A stretch of 32,000 nt of DNA from Wolbachia endosymbiont of Dirofilaria (Dirofilaria) immitis (GTDB lineage: Bacteria > Pseudomonadota > Alphaproteobacteria > Rickettsiales > Anaplasmataceae), in assembly GCF_013365455.1 (NCBI RefSeq), contig NZ_CP046578.1:780001-812000 (forward strand), given 5' to 3'. Positions 10,626 to 20,063 of the stretch are shown one piece after another. Within the stretch, counting starts at the first letter, position 1, and the number at the start of each line of letters is the position of its first letter. Under the pieces are notes generated by a model. That model was not told the DNA's origin, made no database searches, and saw only the letters and a program-made list of their open reading frames with translations. A program made the position numbers and the translations under genes.

Positions 10626-11515
10626 TCAATAGATCTATATCTTTAGCCATAAAAATAGAACTAAAACTGCTAATAAATTTTACCAGCTTTCCAAGCACGA
10701 AAATAAAGATATATAATCATCTTCAGTTTTATTACAAATTAAAACGACAAAAGTATTATGTAATCGGCATTTCATGCTTAATTTTTCACATTATATATAC
10801 CTTCATGTCTCTACGAACTTCTAGGTTTTTTACCTATATCAGCCATAGCATTTAAGATAGCATAGAACACTAATCTGTAAGATAAAACATAATTATCTAT
10901 CACAAGGTTACTTTTGCCTTTTTTACTCGACAAATTCCTTAGATATTAAAGTAACTTATATACAAACACTTGTTTTACAATAAATGGTATCACTCCAAAA
11001 TGCATGGACGCTGTGGAACCTATATTTTTTCTTCTCTAGATTTCAGTGTCAAGTACTGGATTATAGATAGTCTGTAGTAATCCATTATAACTTGAAGAAA
11101 AAAAAAGAACAAAAAGTATGCTTTCACTATGAAAAAAACTCACATAAAAAAACAATAATAAAGGCATATCACCTGAAAAATAACCAAATAATAAAAACAT
11201 TCATATTGTACTTGCAGTAGGTTATATTCTCTCAAAATAGAGTACATCTTTACAAGAGTAAAATAACATCGAGATTGGTGGTAGGAGCCAGGGTTATTTA
11301 CTTCACTTTGTTATAGCAATTGCTGAATTGCATTTAGACTTTCTATTAAGCATAGTTACTACTCATTAATGTGAATCCCATATTAATATGAGCATATTAA
11401 ACAAATGACGGTAAAAATTAAATATGCAGTACTTACAGTGAACAAGTGAATACAGCTCTTGCTCATTAAGGTGAAAGTTATTATAATTAAAAATTGTTTA
11501 AGAAGTATTTAGTTG

Positions 11516-11893
11516 ATGTATACTCAATTGAGTAGAGTTTTGATTTTTGTAGCTTTGCTGAGCCTTAGCTTTACATCATATTCTAGCAAGGCAAGTTCAG
11601 TAGATGCCGAATTACAAGATATACAAGAAACGGTAAAAAACTTTATTTCTTCATTCTCAGTCAAAGATGCTGTAGAGAGTATGAGTCCATCAACAATCAT
11701 AGGGTTATGCATAACCCTAGTAATATTTGCAATAGTGTTCAGGAGCTTAATCTTTTTCATGATAATGTTTGGTGTGTTGATTATGATACTTGGTAGCACA
11801 GAAAAAGCAACTGATTACCTGAAAGAGAAATTCACCTTTTCAAAAGGTACAAGCTTGCAACCTGATAGCAAGAAAAAAGACAAAGATCATTAA
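11516..11893 (+). CDS. Candidate VirB2/TrbC-like small membrane protein (T4SS pilin-like)
   Basis: N-terminal signal peptide-like segment (VLIFVALLSLSFTSYSSKASS), then a double hydrophobic region (IIGLCITLVIFAIVFRSLIFFMIMFGVLIMIL), immediately upstream of virB4. The assignment rests on size, topology and position; sequence similarity to VirB2 is weak. TTG at 11513 is an alternative start. Confidence 0.5.
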   Translation: MYTQLSRVLIFVALLSLSFTSYSSKASSVDAELQDIQETVKNFISSFSVKDAVESMSPSTIIGLCITLVIFAIVFRSLIFFMIMFGVLIMILGSTEKATDYLKEKFTFSKGTSLQPDSKKKDKDH

Positions 11894-11943
11894 ATATCAC
11901 TTATAGCATTTTAGTTACCTTTATTAAATACAAATAGTGTCGT

Positions 11944-14304
11944 ATGCAACCAAAAATACTAACAATTAACCCTAAGCTTGGAGGAAAAAATAAGCTAAGC
12001 TTAGCATTATTAAAAAATATTGATTTAGATTTTATTCCTTATTCCTGCCATTATAATGAAGAAACCATACTAACAAAACAGGGAGAATTGTTAAAAATAA
12101 TCAAGTTAGAAGGTTACTTCTCTGCTGATAATTATAGTGACCTTAGAACCGAGATTAGAAAAAGCATATTAAAAAACATCAATAGCTTACATTTTACTGC
12201 CTGGATTCATACTGTTAGAAAGCGTAATAAACTCCGCTTAAAATGGAACAAAACTGGAGACTTTTCTGATAAGCTACACTCAGCCTGGTTTAACAAACTC
12301 ACTAGTAGTAAATTACAGTATATAAATGAGCTATATATTGTACTAGTATTTAGCAATTTTGGCAAGCATGTAAATAATGCATTTTTTCTCAGCAGAATAA
12401 AGAACAAACATAAGCTATCTTTAAGAGAAAATCATCACGAATTAAAGAAGGTAACTGACTTAATTCAAAATGATCTAGAACCTTTTGGGGCTAAAAAGCT
12501 CGGTCTTAGGTTTAGTGATGGTAAAGTATATTCTGAAATGACAGAATTTCTTCATTACATTGCTACACTAACACGTAAAGATTACCCAATATGCGAAACA
12601 GATTTATCGCAATATATTAAAGATTTAAGAATAGCTTTTGGCTTTAATACATTTCAAACAATATTTGAAAATCAACAAAAGTTTGGCTCTATCTTTTGCA
12701 TAAAAGAATACCGAGAAGTTCCATTAGAAAATATAGATAGATGCTTACAGCTTGACTCTGAGTTTATTATCACGGAAATAATAATATTTATTAGTAACAA
12801 TAAAGCAATCAAAGAGTTTAAAAACCAAATCAATATGCTGCAAATCAGCGAGGATAATACCCTACTTCAAAATTCAGGAATAAATGAAATAATGGAACTT
12901 GAACAAACTTCTGCTATTGACTTTTGTCAACAGAAAATTATTTTTACAATTTTTGCAGATAACAGAAATAGATTAGCTGAAAATATTACTAGCCTATCCT
13001 CAGTAATGTCATCAATTGGTTTAATGATGTTCAGAACTGATTTGCATATGGAAAATCATTTTTGGGCACAACTTCCGTGCAATTTTACCTTTGTCACACA
13101 ACCGAAAAGCATATTAGCAAAATATGCTTGTAGCTTTGCTATGTTACATGACTTTACATCAGGCACACTAAAAGGAGGAAGGTGGAAAGAAGCAGTAACG
13201 ATCTTTTTTTCAAAAAAAGGAAGCCCTTATTTTTTTAATTTTCATGGAAAGAAAAACAATGGCCACACTACAATACTTGGAGCTCCAAATTCAGGTAGAA
13301 CTTCACTAATTAATTTCTTACTATCAGAGTCAAGAAAATTTGATCCTAGGATTATTATATTGGACAACACTGGAAAATCAATAATCTTCACTAAAGCAAT
13401 GAGTGGTAAATACTACATAATCGATCCAAAATATAAAGATAAAAGCTTAAAATTTAACCCATTAAATATCGAAGATAGCGTTTCTAATCGCAATATGCTG
13501 ATTGAGTTAATCAAAAGAATGGTAGACAATACAAGCCTAATAGACATAGAAGAAAAGATAAAAAAAATCGTAGATTTTATATTCACTATACCAAAAGAAT
13601 CCCGCTCTATTTCTCAAATTTCTGAGGCGCTTTTACTTCTTGGTGGTCAAATAAGCAAATGGTGTGGTGATGGTGAGTTTGCTTATTTACTTCAAGACGG
13701 TAGTGAATCTTACATTGATTGGAAAACAAAAATTATATCTCTCAACACTGCAAACCTAACAAAACGAAAGGAATGTATGTCTGTAATATTTTACTATTTT
13801 TTACACTCTTTTGAAGCAAAATGTGATGGCTCACCTGTAATACTTGTTTTGGATGAAGCATGGGAAATAAGCAATATTTTCTCCACAGAGAAAGAGTTTG
13901 ACAACTGGATACAAAAAATGACAAAATTAAATGTCGTAGTAATTTCAAGTACTGAAAACCTAAATCTAGCATTTGCTAGCAAATTTACTCAATATTTAGA
14001 CAAACACGTTGATACAAGAATTCTTATGCCAAATTTTAATGCAAATAGATTATACATGAAAGCATTTTCTCTATCAAAAGAGGAACTAAATACAATTCTG
14101 CAAACTCCAACACAGGAAGGCTTATTCTTAATAAAGCAACATAAGGGGTTAGTAACTTTAAATTTAGATTTAAAAAATATGCAAGAAATGCACGTGCTTT
14201 CAGCCAATAAAAAGACTATAAAGTATATGTACGAAGCAATAAGAGAAAAAGGCGAAGAAGTTAATAAATGGCTACCAGTGTTTTATGAAAAGTGCAAGGT
14301 TTAA
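11944..14304 (+). CDS. virB4: VirB4 family T4SS ATPase, Rickettsiales second-type (VirB4-2 / RvhB4-II-like)
   Basis: N-terminal VirB4/CagE-like region (GELLKIIKLEGYFSADNYSDLRTEIRK), P-loop ILGAPNSGRTSLINFLLSESRKFDPRIIILDNTGKS, and Walker B PVILVLDEAWEI. The central HDFTSGTLKGGRW region is VirB4-like. Confidence 0.88.
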   Translation: MQPKILTINPKLGGKNKLSLALLKNIDLDFIPYSCHYNEETILTKQGELLKIIKLEGYFSADNYSDLRTEIRKSILKNINSLHFTAWIHTVRKRNKLRLKWNKTGDFSDKLHSAWFNKLTSSKLQYINELYIVLVFSNFGKHVNNAFFLSRIKNKHKLSLRENHHELKKVTDLIQNDLEPFGAKKLGLRFSDGKVYSEMTEFLHYIATLTRKDYPICETDLSQYIKDLRIAFGFNTFQTIFENQQKFGSIFCIKEYREVPLENIDRCLQLDSEFIITEIIIFISNNKAIKEFKNQINMLQISEDNTLLQNSGINEIMELEQTSAIDFCQQKIIFTIFADNRNRLAENITSLSSVMSSIGLMMFRTDLHMENHFWAQLPCNFTFVTQPKSILAKYACSFAMLHDFTSGTLKGGRWKEAVTIFFSKKGSPYFFNFHGKKNNGHTTILGAPNSGRTSLINFLLSESRKFDPRIIILDNTGKSIIFTKAMSGKYYIIDPKYKDKSLKFNPLNIEDSVSNRNMLIELIKRMVDNTSLIDIEEKIKKIVDFIFTIPKESRSISQISEALLLLGGQISKWCGDGEFAYLLQDGSESYIDWKTKIISLNTANLTKRKECMSVIFYYFLHSFEAKCDGSPVILVLDEAWEISNIFSTEKEFDNWIQKMTKLNVVVISSTENLNLAFASKFTQYLDKHVDTRILMPNFNANRLYMKAFSLSKEELNTILQTPTQEGLFLIKQHKGLVTLNLDLKNMQEMHVLSANKKTIKYMYEAIREKGEEVNKWLPVFYEKCKV

Positions 14305-17131
14305 TTTTTCATTGATATTTTTTTTGATATTTGGCCTGTCATATCAAGGATGTGCTGATTGTCCGCCTCTTGTAAAGAGCAATACTTGGTTTGAGGCAAT
14401 ACTTGGAGATAATTGGGTAAAAGAAATTAAGGTAATAGCAATAAAAGATCAGGGGATAAACGGTTACTTTAATCCTAAAATTAGAGTATGTGCTTATGAT
14501 GGAAAAAGTTACTGTTATGACTTACAAAGTGGAGAATTTTGCCGTCAAATATATGGAACACAAAGTACAGGTGCTGGAGTGTCAGCAGCAGCTTTTATTG
14601 ATTGGGAAGGAGATAAGACATTCGTTGGAGCAAAAATGGGGGAAGGCCTTGAATGGGAATGGGCAGAAGGTGTGATTAGTAGTGATATGTCTGATGAAGA
14701 AAAAAAGAGACTTGCTAGACTTCCCAAAATATGTGCTTGTAGTCAAAAGGGGGCTTGTAGATCCGGATTTGCAAAACTTTGGGATTTTAACATTACAGAT
14801 TATAGTAACCTTTGCGACACTTGTTATCAAACAAAAGTAAAATGTGCTCCTGTACCACCTGCTCCTAGTCCGCCTCCATTTTGTGAACAATTTACGATGT
14901 CACCTCCCAAGGTCAAAATTGTCCCTATAACGAATAAAGATAATGATTACTTCGACCCTAAGGTTAAGGTAATAGTTAGCAATCTAACAATAGAAAATGG
15001 AAAAATTGAAAAAGAGTTAGATTTTCCAAAAAAGTACAAAGTAGACAAGGACGAGGAGCTCCCTACTACAGATAAAGTCAAGAAGCATTCTGTTTTAGAT
15101 AAAGATGGCACCACATATTATTTCACAACATACAGAGAAAAAGGCAAACTCTGCGCTGAGTATTATGGAACTCAAGGTATAAATAAGAAAAATCTGCAGT
15201 TCGCACGTTGCTTTCCAGCACCACTAGCTCCAGAACCTGAGGTAGTAGAGATAGTACAAAGCAACATGCAAGGAGAACAGAATAACACGTTAAAGATAAG
15301 AATAAAGATGGGCAAAAAAAATTGCATGAGGCAAGTAAACAAAAAGTACGAAGATGGTTTTTGCACTTTTGATGTTAACACTAACTCTACTACAAACATT
15401 GGCCCTCTGTCTTTAACAGTAATAAAGCCGGCAATAGCAGCGAAAACAACTAGTAGTAATCACAATAAAAGCAATATTGACAATATTATAGAAGGTATAC
15501 TAGAAAGTAATTCACAACAATTTAAAGTTCTGAAAAAATATAGCTATGTTCCTGATACTAAAGAAGAATGTGAAGAACTTAATGCAGAAGGTAAGTGCAA
15601 ATTAGATAATTTAGGGCACCCAAAAGTAAAAGTAGAGTATAAAAAAAATATCAAAAGCAAAATGCTCTGTCTTTCCGGCTGGAAGCCAGAACCAGAGGAA
15701 TACATACTTAAAAGAGAAAATGAAATAATACCACTAAAGCTCATGGAGGCAAGATATATTAAATACGATACTGTTTATTCAAAAGAATCAAATCAGTTCT
15801 ATTACCTTCCAAGCAAGGAAAAGAAAATAGTTAATCTTCTACAAAAGCCTCAAGAAAAGTTGGACAGAATAATATTTAACAGGCAAGGATATATTTTCTT
15901 TCCTGATAAAAATAAGCAAAAGAAGGGAGAATGCAGCTACTGTGTAAATCAAAATAATAAGATAGACGAGGCATTTGTATCTGGTAAAGGGCTGAAAGCA
16001 GCATATAAATTAATGGATGAAAAGCATGAAGAAAAAAATTGTAATCAGGATGATTATGGTTGCATTTGCATTAATGGAATGTGTAGTCGTTCAACACAAT
16101 ATTTAAATAAAAAAGACAATAATCCATTCTACTTGAAGTATGAAGAAGCGGATTGTAAAGACGAGAGTACTAATGAAATACAAAAGTGCATACGATTAAA
16201 AGATCAACCGGTCAAAGTAGATAGAGCAGAGGTTTTTTATGCTGATAAGTTATGTAAGCTTGATTTGGAAGGTTTAAAAAAAAGATTAGAGGAAATAACT
16301 AAGAAACAACTGAAGCAAGAACTTGAAAAAAAGAGCGAAAAATTATATGACTCTAAAAATAGAGATATTTATACAGATGATTTATCAATAATATTTGATT
16401 ATGTTGAAATAGAAGCATGGGGGAGTGGTGAAGCAGGTCATATAGCAGGTAAATCTGTTAACTGTAAACCTCATGTATGTTCTACTAAGAGTAGAGCAGG
16501 AATGCCAGGAGATTATATTAAGGCTAAACTAAGAATTGATCCCGACTATCCTCTAATTAAGATTAGAGCTACAGAGGAAGAAAGTAATAACGAAAATCGC
16601 ATCTCAAGTAAAGATGCAGGGTCTACCTTCATAGAAATGTGTAGTTTAGATAAACAAGATTGTAAGAAATTAATCACCGTTGCAGGTGGAGGTAAACATA
16701 GAATATATAATTCTGAAGATACAAGTTATAAGAAAACAGCAATTGATAAAGAGCATTTAAGACTAGAAGGAAAGGTAATAACAGTAAATATATTGGAATC
16801 TATACAAGACAATCAAATTACATATATAGAAAATGGTGAAATCAAGCACAAAACGGTAAGCTGTACCGGTAGTTTCAGAAGCAGTATACCTGGTGCAGGT
16901 GGTTGTATTGACAAAAGCAGAGGAATTTATAGCAAAGGCTCTTCAGGATATGTGAAGATCAAGCCTATTATCGAGAAATTCGATAAAAAAGAAATAAATG
17001 ATGCCATTGAAAAAGTGATAAAAGATCTTTATACCCTCAAGGCCATGACTAATTTTTCAGTGGGTAGCTTTAATATAAATATAAGAGAGAAAATCGAAGA
17101 GGAATTCAGAAAAGAACTGCTAGGGTTATAA
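14285..17131 (+). CDS. Large exported Cys-rich protein associated with the T4SS gene cluster
   Basis: 948 aa. Signal peptide-like N-terminus (MKSARFNFSLIFFLIFGLSYQGCADC), abundant Cys, Pro-rich linkers (CAPVPPAPSPPPFC; PAPLAPEPE), and a start overlapping the end of virB4 by 20 nt. No multi-pass membrane segment is visible. Confidence 0.85.
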   Translation: MKSARFNFSLIFFLIFGLSYQGCADCPPLVKSNTWFEAILGDNWVKEIKVIAIKDQGINGYFNPKIRVCAYDGKSYCYDLQSGEFCRQIYGTQSTGAGVSAAAFIDWEGDKTFVGAKMGEGLEWEWAEGVISSDMSDEEKKRLARLPKICACSQKGACRSGFAKLWDFNITDYSNLCDTCYQTKVKCAPVPPAPSPPPFCEQFTMSPPKVKIVPITNKDNDYFDPKVKVIVSNLTIENGKIEKELDFPKKYKVDKDEELPTTDKVKKHSVLDKDGTTYYFTTYREKGKLCAEYYGTQGINKKNLQFARCFPAPLAPEPEVVEIVQSNMQGEQNNTLKIRIKMGKKNCMRQVNKKYEDGFCTFDVNTNSTTNIGPLSLTVIKPAIAAKTTSSNHNKSNIDNIIEGILESNSQQFKVLKKYSYVPDTKEECEELNAEGKCKLDNLGHPKVKVEYKKNIKSKMLCLSGWKPEPEEYILKRENEIIPLKLMEARYIKYDTVYSKESNQFYYLPSKEKKIVNLLQKPQEKLDRIIFNRQGYIFFPDKNKQKKGECSYCVNQNNKIDEAFVSGKGLKAAYKLMDEKHEEKNCNQDDYGCICINGMCSRSTQYLNKKDNNPFYLKYEEADCKDESTNEIQKCIRLKDQPVKVDRAEVFYADKLCKLDLEGLKKRLEEITKKQLKQELEKKSEKLYDSKNRDIYTDDLSIIFDYVEIEAWGSGEAGHIAGKSVNCKPHVCSTKSRAGMPGDYIKAKLRIDPDYPLIKIRATEEESNNENRISSKDAGSTFIEMCSLDKQDCKKLITVAGGGKHRIYNSEDTSYKKTAIDKEHLRLEGKVITVNILESIQDNQITYIENGEIKHKTVSCTGSFRSSIPGAGGCIDKSRGIYSKGSSGYVKIKPIIEKFDKKEINDAIEKVIKDLYTLKAMTNFSVGSFNINIREKIEEEFRKELLGL
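14420..15175 (+). repeat. Diverged intragenic domain duplication in the exported protein
   Basis: Copy 1 (about 14420..14563): KEIKVIAIKDQGINGYFNPKIRVCAYDGKSYCYDLQSGEFCRQIYGTQ. Copy 2 (about 14909..15175): KVKIVPITNKDNDYFDPKVKV...DGTTYYFTTYREKGKLCAEYYGTQ. They share YF[ND]PK[IV][RK]V, DG-x-x-Y and C-x-x-x-YGTQ. Confidence 0.55.
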
Positions 17132-17803
17132 CATAAACCATAGTAACTTTAACTGTTACTTAGAATAGCTAAAATTCAGGCCTTGTCAATAGAGAGGGCA
17201 GCTTAATGTTTAAGTACCATGTATTACTTAGCTTAGGCTATACATAAGCGTGCTACAAGTTAAATATCCAATTTAATCATTCTTTGTTGTATCACTGATA
17301 GTGTCAATTAGAAGACTCAAATATCAAGGTATTATAAACTAATTGAACATAACAAAAAGAGGAAATTTATTATGGTAACATGATATGCATAAAAAGTAAA
17401 ACAAAAAATGAAGCCAAAAAAGAAAGCAGCAAGCTTTTCAAGTTAATTACTAAGATGAATGACCGCTAAGAGAACAAAGAAATACCATACAGGAACTTTA
17501 AACTTGCCTACTAAAGAGATATCAAGTGGTTTCTATGGACAAAAGCCTAGCTACAAAAGAAAAAGATAATTACAGAAAGCTTAGAAAAATACTATTAATT
17601 CAGACCTTTTATCAATTTAATCAACTCCTCACATAAACTTTTTCTGTATCCATGCTTTGCATTCCGGAAAAGATAGCAAACACTATTCTTCACTACATTT
17701 CTCTATTCCCATCATATATAAACTCATTCATAAAATTTAAGATTAGATTGACATAAGATAAAGAGTAAATTAAAAATTGAACAGATCTTTAAATACAAAG
17801 TCA

Positions 17804-19069
17804 ATGCCCATAGAAATATTAATGCCTGCTCTCTCACCGACAATGAGCAAAACTGGAGGAAAAATCGTAAAATGGCATAAGAAAGAACAAGATAAAATTG
17901 AAGTAGGTGATGTAATTGCCGAAATAGAAACTGACAAAGCCATAATGGACCTTGAATCTGTAGATAAAGGAGTTTTAGCAAAAACTTTAGTGTCAGAAGG
18001 AGTAAGTGGCGTGCCTGTAAATCAACCAATAGCTATAATGCTGAAAGAAGGGGAAGATTGGAACGCACTTGATAACTACGTTTTAGCTTCTATTACCAAC
18101 ATTGAAACCAAAAGGGAAATTGAAACCAATCTTCCAACATCATCCAACTTTTCAATGTCGCCTCAGTCCTTGACACCAAGACCTAGAAAAGAAGAAGGTA
18201 CTAAGATAGTAGTAGAAGGTAGAGTAAAAATAAGCCCATTAGCTAAAAAAATAGCTCAAAGTGAAGGTGTTGATATAACGCAATTAAAAGGTACAGGTCC
18301 ATATGGGCGCATCATTAAAGCTGACATATTGGAATTTTTATATGGTAGTACCCAAACCGAGAGCAACAAAAGGTCAAGCGAAGACATTGTAATCGAAGTA
18401 AGCAACATGCGCCGAGTGATAGCACAGCGTCTGATTGAATCTAAGCAGAATATTCCACATTTTTATTTAACTGTGGACTGCCAGGTTGATAATCTTATAT
18501 CGCTCAAAAACGAGATTAACTCAACAGACGAAAACAATAAAGTGACAATTAATGATTTAATCATTAAGGCTGTAGCTTTTAGCATAAAAAAAATTCCTGA
18601 CATAAACTCTTCGTGGATAGATAACAAGATAGTAAAATATTCAAATATAGATATCTCAGTCGCTGTAGCACTTGAAGATGGGTTAATTACTCCTATAGTG
18701 AAAAATGCTGACAAAAAAAGCATTTTATCTATATCAAAAGAAGTGAAAGCTTTAGTAAACAGAGCAAGATCAGGAAAATTGAGACCCGAAGAATTTCAAG
18801 GAAGAGGGTTCACTATCTCTAACTTAGGGATGTTCGGTATAAAAGCCTTCAGTGCTATCATTAATCCGCCGCAGTCTTGTATCATGGCTGTTGGTGCAGC
18901 CAAAAAGCAGCCAATTGTTATAAATGAAAAAGTAGAGATTGCAAAGACAATGATAGTAACACTCTCTGCTGACCATAGAACAGTGGATGGAGCAATGGGA
19001 GCAAAATTTTTAAACGCCTTTAAGCACTACATAGAGAATCCTCTAGCAATGCTTATTGAAGTTGTATAA
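17804..19069 (+). CDS. pdhC: Pyruvate dehydrogenase E2, dihydrolipoamide acetyltransferase
   Basis: MPIEILMPALSPTMSKTGGKIVKWHKKEQDKIEVGDVIAEIETDKAIMDLE, E3-binding domain ISPLAKKIAQSEGVDITQLKGTGPYGRIIKADI, and catalytic LSADHRTVDGAMGAKFL. ATG at 17804 is preferred over the TTG at 17777. Confidence 0.95.
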   Translation: MPIEILMPALSPTMSKTGGKIVKWHKKEQDKIEVGDVIAEIETDKAIMDLESVDKGVLAKTLVSEGVSGVPVNQPIAIMLKEGEDWNALDNYVLASITNIETKREIETNLPTSSNFSMSPQSLTPRPRKEEGTKIVVEGRVKISPLAKKIAQSEGVDITQLKGTGPYGRIIKADILEFLYGSTQTESNKRSSEDIVIEVSNMRRVIAQRLIESKQNIPHFYLTVDCQVDNLISLKNEINSTDENNKVTINDLIIKAVAFSIKKIPDINSSWIDNKIVKYSNIDISVAVALEDGLITPIVKNADKKSILSISKEVKALVNRARSGKLRPEEFQGRGFTISNLGMFGIKAFSAIINPPQSCIMAVGAAKKQPIVINEKVEIAKTMIVTLSADHRTVDGAMGAKFLNAFKHYIENPLAMLIEVV

Positions 19070-20063
19070 ATGCTTAATCTGCTTGGCATTATTATTATGA
19101 AATTAGTGCTGCTCCCAAATTTACAATCGTATTTATTAATAGTTTAGAAGTAAAATATGTTGATGTAAAAACATAATAATATTTAGCATACTTTTCATTA
19201 CATATAAAATCAAAATCTTTAGAAAGAATTCTATAAATATGCTCTTCACCTAAAGATAATAATAAACCTCATTCAACAAACAATTCAAGTATTAAGTTTT
19301 CCAGGTGTTTATTTATATAACAGCAAGAAAAATAATGTTAAAGAAAATCCAATAAATCAAATTTAAAGAAGAAGCTAACTCTACTGCTTCAGAACAAATA
19401 CTGTCAAGAAAGCTCTACTTGTATCAATACAAGCAACTATTAACGATATATTATTTGAGAATATGAATAATTTTATTTTACATCTAAAACTACAGAAAAG
19501 TCAAGTATTAATAGCTGCAGGAAGACTAAACTAAATACCAGAAAAAACCTTATATTCAACTAGAATCTAATTAATTGAGGCAAAACTTTCTAAGCGCAGG
19601 CTTAAATCTCATCTATTATATTACTATCCTATTAGCAACATAAATAATATATCTCCGGCAAACAGGACCCTAATTTAGAGAAAGAGGCAGGTACATAAAA
19701 TGGTAGGAAGATTAAATAAGGATCGAGAGAAAACATAAACTACAATCAATAAGCATATAAAAGCTAACACTACAGCATGTTCTATCACTAAAGATACCAT
19801 GTGAAAAAAGGTGCCAAACCTGACGTTTTATACAAATGAAAAAACCTTTATCAAAAATTCTGGTAAAAGCAGATAGCCTAATTGATCACTTTTAATAAAA
19901 TGACCATAGTTACTAATTATTTATCATACTTTCGCTATGCATCTTTTAAAATAATATATCTCTTATCTGCTTTACAGCTTTACCTGCCTTTGATTCCTTT
20001 TCTATGAAAGCAGCCTCGAGAAAAATTTCAAGCCTTTCCCATTCTTTCTGACCATTTATATGA

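Noticed and set aside
11524-11799. Minus-strand 91-aa ORF opposite the VirB2-like gene
   Set aside because: The plus-strand ORF has a signal peptide, two hydrophobic segments and operon context; the antisense ORF has none.
12207-14207. Several 62-76-aa minus-strand ORFs
   Set aside because: All nested antisense within virB4.
14490-15744. Several short ORFs (14490..14675 +, 14545..14727 -, 14582..14890 -, 15172..15399 -, 15544..15744 -)
   Set aside because: Overlap the long, compositionally coherent 948-aa exported protein gene.
14285-17131. Annotating the large exported protein as VirB6
   Set aside because: Its position would suggest it, but no multi-pass TrbL/VirB6 membrane domain is visible, only one N-terminal signal-like segment.
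17724-18029. 101-aa ORF on the plus strand
   Set aside because: Overlaps the lipoyl domain region of pdhC in another frame; low-complexity Leu-rich frame shadow.
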